Below, one piece after another: positions 25,984-37,296 of a DNA stretch of 64,000 nucleotides. This stretch comes from Octopus sinensis (taxonomy: Eukaryota). A program made the position numbers and the translations under genes. The notes below the pieces were generated by a model. It saw only the letters and a program-made list of their open reading frames with translations. It made no database searches and had not been told where the DNA came from. The stretch is taken from the NCBI RefSeq assembly GCF_006345805.1, contig NC_042999.1:40300001-40364000 (forward strand), written 5' to 3'. Positions within the stretch are counted from its first letter, which is position 1. Every line of letters starts with the position of its first letter.

Positions 25984-26651
25984 CTGCGGCAAGAAATGTT
26001 ACTCTTCCAAGCTTTATTAAAGGCAAAATAGAAACGAAAATTCAGCACAGCGTATAGGGTATGCAAGAAATTCATGAAATATTCCATAGGAAAATTGCTT
26101 AAAAAGATTTTTTAAATTACGATTGTAGTATACTGTTAAGGTGTAATATTAACTATTCGATTGTTTATATATGCAATTGTTTATATACTTCTCAGATGAA
26201 GAATAATAATTTTTATACACAAGTTTAATCGAACAAGGGGCCGAATAAATACATCACAAAATTCACACTGTTGTACCCTGCAACATTCTTGTGGTGTCTC
26301 TCGAATTTGGTTATCCTCTCGGAGATATAAGCCGAACCAATTACTAAAATCTTGACAGCAGACTAGAATGTTCTCTTTCCGTCGACCATAGAAGTGATAG
26401 TTATATTAACGTATTTTTATATTTTACTTGCACACCGGATAGCAGTTGATATATAATGGATTTGAAAATGATGACCAAAACAAACTGAAGGTTGCGCTCT
26501 AACAGAAATTTAGAAAACATTTAAGAACTAATATAAATTAACTAAACAAACTCGCACGCGGGCACATAATCATACATGCACTCGCACGTAACTACATAAA
26601 TGGAATGGACGTATACATACATACATACACACACACACACATATATACAAT

Positions 26652-26682
<31 letters not shown>

Positions 26683-28528
26683 TATATATACACACTCATA
26701 TATATATGTCTTCCATATGAATTTTCTTTATAGGCACTCCTCGAAGAAACTAAAGACAAAACTGTATGAAGCTAAATAATAACGTTTGAAATATAACGTA
26801 TTTAAAACTAATTTTTGTTTTGTAATCAAATAATTTTGAAAAGCAAACAAAGATTGTTTAATGATTTCTATCGAAATTACTTGATAGAAATTGCATAATG
26901 AAAGTAGAAATTGGAATTGAGGTATTGAATAAAATCGAAAGAATTATAAATGATGCAGGAAGTATAGAAGGAGTGTAACAGATAAATTATAATCAATAAC
27001 TATAAAACCAAAACAGAAAAATTTAGCTCTTAAATCAGAGATGAATAATATATAATTGTAATTTACTACTTGAGGTGAAAGTCGTTTACAATTATTTTTA
27101 CATAAATCTGCGCGTTCTTTATTAGGAAATAACTTGAAATTGTTCCATATTCTAATTGAAGTTTATTTCCTAATAAAACGTATATTTATACTTAAGAGTG
27201 AATAAACAATTTGAATGTGAATTTTTTATGATATACCATATAAATTATAGATTTTTGGAAGTTCTCCAGAAAGTATTAACAATTAAAACGCAAATTGAGG
27301 AAATCTTCAGTATTTCTCTAGCGTGTGTTGTATTCCGTGTTCTTATATTATATACGAGTGCATATATAAATATGTTTCTCCTTTAAACTACTGCTTTAAA
27401 ACACGCTAATTAATGACTTTACATTTTAGTTGCATTTTTTAATGATGTATCTCCTTGGCAACAACTGAAGATTTCGCTTCGATGTTTTGTTAATAGTCTT
27501 GCTTTGACTGTTTAGCAGGCGCATAGTTTATTTATTATAATGTAATCATTTACCAATGCAATTCATATTTTTACTCAGTAAACAGCCGAGGTCGACTTTG
27601 CCTTCTATCATTTCGGGGTTGATAAATTAAATACCCGTCGCGTATTATTATAACTCAGTAAAAAATAGCGATGGTACTATCGTGAATTTCGTACACAGAC
27701 CTAGTATAGTGCTTTGAAGCACATATTAAGTATATTTGCCTTTAATCGAAATCAGTTTGAAATCAAATACACATACACATACAAAACAGAAAACATACAT
27801 ACACTACTAACAAATGCACACAGTTACAGCTCTCAATTTCCAGACACTGATGGTTCAGAATCTCTTATAATCTACCTTGATGATACGGATCCTCCTATTA
27901 TCTGCACTAACTTCAAATTTCCATGGCCATCATACTACTTTACTGATACCTTGCATAGTACTGTATAAATAAGCATTATCATATTGATGAACAGGTAACT
28001 GTATTTCTATATTTCATTTAAACCTGTATTTGAACTTCAGGTGATGTTTCTGAAAATTCCATGCACTAAGTACCATCTATTCCTCTGCTCCTGTTCATTA
28101 AAAAAAGATATTGGAAATTGAGGATTTTTGCTTCAGGGATATATATTCAATGATATATATTCAAAAACGTGAAGTGAAGTATAGATATCTGCGATCTTCT
28201 CAAATCTCCTTTCATTGAACGAATAAAGTTAGCGTAGTCGATAGAAAGTTCTTTCTTTTGCGGTATACTTTCTGATTCTCTAGAAGCAGAGACCGAATTC
28301 CACCGAAGTAAACTTTGTCAGTGGTCATTTTCGGGTCTATAAATAGAATACATTTCACGAACTGGTTTCGAATCTTACTCGCCCTCTTTCTTACTCTTGT
28401 GTACTCTATCTCACACACTCTCCTGCAGTTATGCTCATTCTCTCTCTCTTTCATTCTCTCTACCCCTCTCTTTCTACTTCTCTCTCTCTCTACTTCTCTC
28501 TCTCTCTCTATTCTTCTCTCTCTCTACT

Positions 28529-28565
<37 letters not shown>

Positions 28566-29272
28566 GAGAAAAATTAGCTGTGTTCAGACTTGGAGAGACC
28601 TCTCCAGATTTTAGATGCTCTTCACAAAATCTACGCTCCGACGGAGTCTGAGCAAGTTAATCAGAATTTGAGTTCCAAACAAACTAATGACCTCATAAAA
28701 TGTTTTCATATATTATACAGTTTTCATGCTCATTACATATAAAGACATGTATTTATAATAACAAAATAGATTTTTAAGCAGTCGAAATGTGATCCCCAAG
28801 GAATCTCTTTCATTTCAGTACCCGGCTATGTAGAAAATGTTCACCAATAAATAATATGCTTACAGACTAAAATGTTCATGTGTAAATCAAATCGTAGATA
28901 CGCAATCGATTCAATGGACCATATTATTTCCTTACACATGTCTGACCTTGTGCCAAATATAGAAATCAATATTAAATACGATAGACGTCAGCTGGATGAG
29001 AGAAAAGCAATAAATGCACAAAATATTTAGCTGTTCAATAGTATTTAACTTGAGAATGATATTTATTTTCAAAAATCTACGTATTTTTTTCTTCTTTTTT
29101 TTCCGTTTCAGTAAATCCTGCGTTAACACAACGCCAATAACAAATTGTAGCATTGATAGTACAGATCAACTAAATAGCAAAGCAATTGCATCGGGAAAAT
29201 CGACAGCTATAGTTGTGCTGTAAGCATTCAACCATGTACTTATATTATGATGATGATGATGATCATGATGAT

Positions 29273-29306
<34 letters not shown>

Positions 29307-30147
29307 GTCATGATTTCTATTATAAGCAGAAGGCCTGGAATTTCGTGGGGAGAGACTTGTCGTTTACATCGACCCCAGCAATCAACTGGTTCTTATTTTA
29401 TCGACCATGATAATGTGAAAAGAAAATTCGGCGAAATTTCATCTAGTTAACTAAAATTCGAATGAAACATCGCTAAGCATTTTTTCCGGCGTGCCTTCTA
29501 CTGCTAGGGTGACACCATATCAGCATAAACATCTGTGAATTTGTATATATCAATACGGAGCAAATAATTCAGGAGAAAAATATCTGTGAAGATATTACTG
29601 ACTCTGCTATTATCTAGTATAATAATTAAAAATGATAATAAAAGAATGAATAATATAGGCGATTGCAGGCTCAAAGAAACATTAAATAGCTGAAGGATTA
29701 AAATTAATCAGAAGACATACCAGGTATGTCTACCTGCTGGAAATTACAGCCAAAACTATTATTTAAATTGCCAAAAAAGACAACTGCGAGCAAACGGCTG
29801 AATACAATCTTTCAACATATATTCAAGTATTTTAAATTTCGTGGACTCGTTTCTAAACTGGCATTATGGCCCCGCCTACCTCAAAACGTGTTACCATGAT
29901 GCGAAGCCCGAACCCGTCACATTGAAGTCTGCGCTGTAACAGGTCTGTTTTGCACTAAATCTTAGAAGTAACCAGTGTGAAAATAATTTCAATACGAAGC
30001 AAATAATTCAGGAGACAAATATTTGCGAAGATATTATTGACTTTATTATTATCTGGTGTTAAATTTAAAAACGTTAATAACAGAATCAATAATATCGGCG
30101 ATTTGAATAAGAGTTTTGACTGTTGTTTCCAGCAGGTAGATATGTTT

Positions 30148-30186
<39 letters not shown>

Positions 30187-30187
<1 letters not shown>

Positions 30188-30564
30188 GATGTGCAATGAC
30201 CCAATGGTTAGGGCAGCGGACTCGCGGTCATAGAATCGCGGTTTCGATTCCTAGACTGGGCGTTGTCAATGTCTCTTGAGCGAAAATATCTAAAGTTCCA
30301 CGTAGCTCCGGCAGCTGGTGGTGGCGAACCCTGCTGTACTCTTTCACCACAACTTTTTCTCACTCTTTCTTGCCGCTTCTGTTGTAGCTGTTTTTCAAAG
30401 GGCCAGCCTTGTCACATTTAGCGTGACGCTGAATTTCTACGAGAACTAAGTTAAGTATGAACGTGTCTGTAGAGTGCTCAGCCACTTGCACATTACTTTC
30501 GCGAGCAGGCTGTTCCGTCCATTGGATCAACTTCAACCCTTGTCGTCGTAACCGACGAAGTGCC
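30187..30564 (+). mobile_element. SINE family B head/core with tail type ii
   Basis: Shares the head and ctccggcag..ctctttcaccacaact core with 22068-22372, but ends in gagtgctcagccacttgcac..gtcgtcgtaaccgac. Confidence 0.8.
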
Positions 30565-30949
30565 GTAGTATATATATGTATGTGTGCGCGCGCGCGTTGT
30601 GTACATGTACATCCATGGGCATAAATATATACATACGTATATATGCATACACATATGTGTGTGTGAGGGGATGTGTGTTTATGTGTGTAAATGAAAGACG
30701 GAAGATGAATGATACGACAACTTATATTATTAATCACAACAATTGTTTCGATACGAGTGGGATACTTAACAACTGGTTCAGGAGTATCCGGCGGTGCATA
30801 TATGTCTCTCCGGGTGATAAATAGATATAACTCGTTAAAATAACAGTTTTCCTTGCTTGGAAAGAAAAGGGATCTTTTCCGTTTCTCTCATAGATTTTTA
30901 AATTATTTTCTTCACTAAACACAGTTTACTTTCAACATTTTTTAAACAA

Positions 30950-32120
30950 AATTTCGTAATTTAGAAGTTATTTCGGGTTAAACCTATCGTATTTGCATAA
31001 TTTTAACCTATCAACGGCCTGTATTCAAATGAAGAAAGCTACTGCTGTTTGCGATAGTCCTAAATTTTAAAGAAAATCCACAGAAATGTTTCCTATGGCT
31101 TTCTAATTGTACCTTACTGCTTCTGTCCAGAAAGAATAAAGCGTCGTCCGTATATAGACCACCCTGTTACTTCCGGAAAGAAAGACTAGATTAATGAAAG
31201 GATATATATTCCTATTAAGCCTGATAACACCATTGCCTTATAAAAATCATTCTCTTTATCTAATCTACTCCATAATCTACCATCAAAATATACTAAAGTG
31301 GCTCGCGCAGCAAGTATTATATTTATTTCGCATCGAGACAAATCAGGATTTCTCATACTATGAATCTGGTCTTTATTCAGAACGATCGTGTTAATAGTGG
31401 CGTAATAACTCTCTAAATTTAATTCCAAGAATCTAATATTCTTGCTAATTTCTCGAAGCTTAAACCATCCAACCGCCTCTTGGGTGTCTGAATAGTGAGT
31501 TAATCTAATTTTAGTCTTAAGGGCGGGTAGTACTGTATCAATGATTTTCTTACTAATAATGCTTATATCGGACTTAGGGCAAATCAATCTAACTGAATGG
31601 CCAATAAGAAAGTTAAGTTTATGGTCTTGAAACAGAATCCAGTCTTTTCTAGGGACGTATGGCTCGGTTCCATCAGCTATAGCTAAATCTTTAGCGATTT
31701 GTAATCCTGTATTGTTAATTATGTTTAATGTGTTGTTATGGGCGTGTCTATATTTCCTGAGTAATTCCTTCCTAATCATAGACTTATATACTTTTGGTCA
31801 GCTGGCATAAGTATATCTGGAGCTTCCTTGAAGTAGTCATTTAATTTCTGATTTTCTGCTGATGTATATTGTACCTTCTAGAGTATTTCTTGAACTTCAC
31901 ATTCTTAACCATACTGTAAGTCCTCTTCATATCTGGTGGATTCAACTTAGATTTGACTAATTTTTAGTAGGTCGCCATGTTTAGGTTTGTCATTTGGTTT
32001 AGCTTTTCTGTCAAAAAAGAAAGCCTTCCACCGCATTCATCGTACGAATTGTTTTGTTTTCTCCATAATTTCCCGCATATAATCCTTCCTACTGGGTATA
32101 GTTATATCCCTTAGCAAAAC
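30950..32120 (-). mobile_element. Degenerate Penelope-like element, Hydra-type RT
   Basis: LRDITIPSRKDY..EKTKQFVR*MRWKAFFF; YEEDL..MVKNVKFKK; ILMPAD; QDHK..F....VRLICPKSDISIISKKIID; GLYTDDAL at 31141-31160. Several frameshifts. Confidence 0.75.
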
Positions 32121-32671
32121 ATCCAGTGTTATTTTACCCGTCTGTGTGGTACGCTACCTTATAGCAGCTTACTCCCGGAAATCAGAAATTAGTAGTGGTT
32201 ATTAGATAATAAAATGAATGAGTTATACCTAGTATCATACTGGTAAATCACTGTCACATTCACAGTGCTCGCTATGTGTATAATAAATGACAGGTGGAAG
32301 AAAATTCTTATTAATTTGTCTGTCTCTCTGTTTCTCTCAGTATCTCTTTCTCCCATTTAATATTCCAAAGTTTTCTCATAATCTTACTTCTTATTACTAT
32401 AGGGATACAAAGTTAATGATGGAGTACACATTTGTCATACGTGACTGTGAATTTTTATATCTTACTGTCGTTATTCTGAGTTGTCTTTCCTTTTTATAAA
32501 ATCGAATGTGTTTGTCCATTGCATTCATAGCTTGTACAAATTACTTCGTTTGGGTGTGGTTTTCTTCATAGGTAGCATAATAAGGCTTGACAATTCTTAG
32601 TTTCTGGAGATTCGGTGGCATATACTCGCATACATACATAAGTGCATGCATACATGCATACATATATATAT

Positions 32672-32946
32672 ATCACGTGATCACGTGACCGACCAGACCA
32701 TCAGATGTTGTTACACATCGCTGGTCACAATGCGTTCGCATTGTTTTAGCCTTCGAATGACGCTACCCCGCTGGCTAAGCGAGCAGGCGAACAGAAGAAA
32801 GAGTGGTGAAAGAGTACAGCAGGGATCACCACCCCCTGCCGGAGCCTCGTGGACCTTTTAGGTGTTTTCGCTCGGTCTGGAAATCGAAACCACGATCCTA
32901 CGACCGCGAGTCCGCTGCCCTAACCACTGGGCCATTGCCCCTCCAC
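32672..32946 (-). mobile_element. SINE family B with tail type iii (ends ggtcacgtgatcacgtgat)
   Basis: Same tRNA head (tggcccagtggttagggcagcggactcgcgg) with a different 3' module; 3' end joined to (AT)n. Confidence 0.85.
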
Positions 32947-32969
32947 ACATATATATATATATATATATT

Positions 32970-33244
32970 TATTTATTATATAGAAGGAGCTTCTACAGGA
33001 CTAGTACTGTTTCATTCAAGAGAAATCTTCAGGAAGCTATTAACAAGAATTGTATTAGCATTTATACATTTAGGCAGGTTTAAAGGAGTGGTGGTGGGGG
33101 ACTTTTTCCGGGGTAGGCATAGCGCAAAATATCATATTTGGGGAGTGGTCAAGGAGTCAGTGGTAAGTTAGATGAAAGAATAGATAAATAAAAAAATAAA
33201 AATAAAAAATAAAAAATAAAAAATAAAAAATAAAAAATAAAAAT
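32970..33244 (-). mobile_element. HHR-bearing pLTR-like unit, left inverted copy
   Basis: Near-identical reverse complement of about 34790-35106. Confidence 0.85.
32988..33038 (-). ncRNA. Type I hammerhead ribozyme (complete core)
   Basis: AGCUUC-CUGAAGA-uuuc ucuu gaau-GAAA-CAG uacuaguc CUG-U-A-GAAGCU. Confidence 0.75.
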
Positions 33245-33344
33245 ATCACGTGATCACGTGACCGACCAGACCATCAGATGTTGTTACACATCGCTGGTCA
33301 CAATGCGTTCGCATTGTTTTAGCCTTCGAATGACGCTACCCCGC
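33245..33344 (-). mobile_element. 100 bp duplicate of the SINE-B tail iii at 32672-32771
   Basis: Identical by eye to 32672-32771. Confidence 0.9.
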
Positions 33345-33837
33345 GCGCGTGTGTGTATGTATGCATATATGTATGTATGCATGTATATGTGTATGTATAT
33401 ATGTGTGTAAGTGTGTGCATATATGTATATGTAAGTATGTGTGCGCGTGTATGAGTATGTATGTATGCTTGCACACGTGTATATATATGGTGTGTGTGTA
33501 TATATATGGATGCGCGCGCGTGCGTGCACGTGTATGGGTACGCATGTGTATATGTGTATGTGCGTGTATGTGTATGTATGCATATATGTATGTATGCATG
33601 TATATGTGTATTATATATGTGTGTAAGTGTGGTGCATATATGTATATGTAAGTATGTGTGCGTGTATGAGTATGTATGTATGCTTGCACACGTGTATATA
33701 TGTGTGTGTGTGTGTATATATATGGATGCATGTGCGTGTGTGCACGTGTATGGGTACGCATGTATATGTGTATGTGCGTGTATGCGTATACGTGTATGTA
33801 TGTATGTGTGGGCGTATATTTGTATATGTATGTGTGA

Positions 33838-33890
<53 letters not shown>

Positions 33891-34102
33891 TGGGGGTGTA
33901 TGTATGCGTATAAATGCATGTAAGTATGGATGTATGGATGTATGTATGTATGTTTACGTATGTATGTGTTTGTGTGTATATGTATGTAGGTGTGTGTATG
34001 TATGTGTGTATATATGTATATATATATGTGTGTATGTATGTTTGTGTATGTATATATATGTGTATGTATGTGTGTGTATATATATGTGTGTGTGTGTATG
34101 TA

Positions 34103-34135
<33 letters not shown>

Positions 34136-34263
34136 GTATGTATATATATATATAATATATATGTATGTGTGTGTATATGTATTTATATATGGGTATGTAT
34201 CTGTATGTAGGAGTATATTATGTGTGTGTGTGTGTGTTATATGTATATTGTGTATATATAATA

Positions 34264-34300
<37 letters not shown>

Positions 34301-34320
34301 AATATGGTGTATATATATAG
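33345..34320. repeat. Cryptic (TA/TG/TATG) low-complexity block containing a ~215 bp tandem duplication
   Basis: 33355-33570 repeats at about 33572-33785 (aagtatgtgtgc..tgcttgcacacgtg..tatgggtacgcatg). Confidence 0.85.
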
Positions 34321-34626
34321 ACTAGCCTCCTAAAGTGTAGACATGAATCTGTAGGTACGAGTACGTATGTGTATACGTGAACGTATGTAGATGTTTGTAT
34401 GTATGAATATAACGCGTGTGCGTACGTGTATGTGTATGAGTGTATGAATGGGTGTATGTACGTGCTAATGAGTGTGCGTGCGGGAACGAGTACTTGCCTT
34501 CTAGTAGACAGACAATTGGACATGCTGCCATCGCCAGGATCCTTAGCCCTAGCGATCAAAGATAACAAAAGTAATAAATGAAGATAATAAAATTAAAATT
34601 AGGGAATGGGCCTGTATTTGATTGTG

Positions 34627-34671
<45 letters not shown>

Positions 34672-34789
34672 ATGTATGTGTGTATGTGTAGGTATGTATA
34701 GGCACACATGTGTACGTATGTGTGTGTGTTGTATGTGTTTATGTATGTATGTGCACACATTTTATTTTTATTTTTTTTTATTTTTTTTT

Positions 34790-35171
34790 ATTTTTTATTT
34801 TTTTTTTTTTTTATTTTTTATTTTTTATTTTTTATTTTTTATTTTTTTTTTTTTTTTATTTTTTATTTTATTTTTTTTTTTTTTATTTATCTATTCTTTC
34901 ATCTAACTTACCACTGACTCCTTGACCACTCCCCCAAGTATGATATTTTGCGCTATGCCTACCCCGGAAAAAGTCCCCCACCACCACTCCTTTAAACCTG
35001 CCTAAATGTATAAATGCTAATACAATTCTTGTTAAATAGCTTCCTGAAGATTTCTCTTGAATGAAACAGTACTAGTCCTGTAGAAGCTCCTTCTATATAA
35101 TAAATTAATTTTACTCTGCTATGTATTGAGTACCTTACTTACTGTGGTTAACCCCGGATCAACCCGGGACC

Positions 35172-35175
<4 letters not shown>
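34790..35175 (+). mobile_element. HHR-bearing pLTR-like unit, right copy with longer tail to (TA)n
   Basis: (TTTTTA)n head, ~220 bp unique body, HHR, ~85 nt tail, then (TA)n. Confidence 0.8.
35038..35088 (+). ncRNA. Type I hammerhead ribozyme (complete core)
   Basis: Stem I AGCUUC/GAAGCU (6 bp), CUGAAGA at 35044-35050, short stem II, GAAA at 35063-35066, stem III ACAG/CUGU, predicted cleavage GUA at 35082. Confidence 0.8.
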
Positions 35176-35225
<50 letters not shown>

Positions 35226-35951
35226 TAATATATATATATATATAGTGTGTGTGTGGTGTGTGTGTGTGTTGTGTATGTATGTATGTATGTATGTATGTAT
35301 GTATGTATGTAGTATGTATGTATGTGTAATGGAACTGGTTAATTCTTTACACTGTTTGGGTGCAACCAATTTCCTTCCTTTAATTTCCAGAAACTACCAG
35401 TCAGGAACAAGAACGCAACCATAAAAATATATATAACTCTTTATTTACTTATTTACAAAAGAAGTACGTTGGTATATTGGTATCCACTCGGTTCGATATA
35501 GCAAGGCTAAATTTTAACGTTTGTAAGATTTTTACAACAAATTCAGCAGCAACAGAGCAGGTCAAATCCTAAGCGTCTGGGACAGGAGAATAGGCTGATC
35601 ACACGTTTAACACGTCCATTCTCTTCAATAGCCGTGTCTCAAGTCCACGACGCTAACAAGGAACGCGATAGAATTTTCTTCCCCAGTCTCTTGCGCATGT
35701 GCATGAGGGAACTTCCTTAGGCCTTTCCAGAAGGTTCCAGCCCCGCACACGCACACTGAAGAATGACGCCCGCACACTCACACTGACGAATGACGTTGCT
35801 TAAAAGACTTGTTTTATTTATATTCCTGAGCGCCATACTAATACAATTGTTTGTTTGCATTCCACCTGCCTTCGTCTTTTGTTTATTTTCATAAAGCTTC
35901 CCGTTATATATATATATACATACATACATATATGTATATGTGATATATATT

Positions 35952-36012
<61 letters not shown>

Positions 36013-36036
36013 TATATATATGTATATATATATATA

Positions 36037-36074
<38 letters not shown>

Positions 36075-36078
<4 letters not shown>

Positions 36079-36113
36079 ACAATTTCAGATTTAACTAATA
36101 TTCATCAGTGACC
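36075..36113 (-). ncRNA. Hammerhead-like motif truncated at its cleavage triplet
   Basis: CUGAUGA-auauu aguua aaucu-GAAA-uuguug-UC followed immediately by (TA)n. Confidence 0.55.
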
Positions 36114-36694
36114 CAATATTCCGTCGCCGGTGGATGAAGAACCTAAGTCATCTTGTCGGCATTATAGAGAACACCATAGGTAAGATCGACGGATTTTCGA
36201 AAGTTAAAATTATAAATGCTTAAGTTGGCTATTCGCAATTTAGAACCGACAAACAACAAGTACAGTCTTCACTAGAGTGATGGAGGATGCTACTAAGCTC
36301 CAGCGTTACTAGAAATAAGAGTCGAAACGTGTGAGTACTTTTTTAACGGCTGACAAGTGACTGTGTGTGTGAACGTAAAAATAAATAACATATATACGTT
36401 CGCATGACCTCTGATAAGGGACACATATGTGTCCTTCGGTCTATTTGTGTACATGCATGTATGCAGGTATGAGTATTCTTATGTATATTCACCTGCTGTC
36501 TCCCACTGGGAAAACATATAACTAAGAGAGAAATCCCTTTGACCAAGGCAGACACACATAAACACTTACACTGCGGTCCCAGTATGGCTGTAGACTAATG
36601 ATTGGTGTAAAGTAAAAGAAAATATAAACAATTAAAATATTTATGCGTGCTAATATTTGTGGTTGATGTTGGGTTTTTAGGTTTTGCGTGTTTG

Positions 36695-36733
<39 letters not shown>

Positions 36734-36734
36734 C

Positions 36735-36903
36735 ATATATACGACGGGCTTCATTCTGTTTCTATCTACTAAATCCACTCACAAGGCTTTGGTCGGTTCG
36801 AGGCTATAGTAGAAGACGCTTGCCCAAGGTGACACGCAGTGGGACTGAAACCGGAACCATGTGGTTCATAAGCAAGCTACTTACCACACAGCCATTACTA
36901 CGC
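36735..36903 (-). mobile_element. SINE family D, 5' part (tRNA head and core)
   Basis: tggctgtgtggtaagtagcttgc..catggttccggtttcagtcccactgcgtg..cttgggcaagcgtcttctactatagcc. Confidence 0.8.
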
Positions 36904-37127
36904 CTATACTTACCACACACGAACTACTACGCCTATATATATATATATAGATAAGAAAGTTGGTTTGTGAAAGCACGTGGGTGAATATATAAAAAATAGT
37001 AAAGAGTGAAAAAACGACAGAAGGCTTAAATGTTAGAAAATATATATATTTGCGTCAATATGTCTGAAGAATATTAGAACATTTTTTAAACAATTTTTTT
37101 TTCCTTTATAATGACATAATTTTTATA

Positions 37128-37163
37128 GAAAGACCGGTTTCGCATTTAGCTTTTCAAATTTCT
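37128..37163 (-). ncRNA. Minimal HHR in the Neptune 3'UTR with U3/A8 core
   Basis: agaaa(u)-UUGAAAA-GC uaaau GC-GAAA-CCGG-U-C-uuucu; palindromic ACCGGU stem III; one extra nt in stem I. Confidence 0.55.
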
Positions 37164-37296
37164 CGTGACGTTATGTTTATGTTTAATAGAGTTATCCTTG
37201 TGTTTAAGCTCCGGAGAGTTCTAAATAAGGGAAGGTAGTGGGTGATTTCTTCCGGTGTAAGGGAGATAATCGCTTAAAATTTTTTTTTCCTTTCCC

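Noticed and set aside
27820-28130. Coding-like stretch DTDGSESLIIYLDDTDPPIICTNFKFPWPSYYF with nearby AG/GT sites
   Set aside because: Stops in every consistent splicing tried, and it is on the opposite strand to the 24-26 kb exons; no family recognised.
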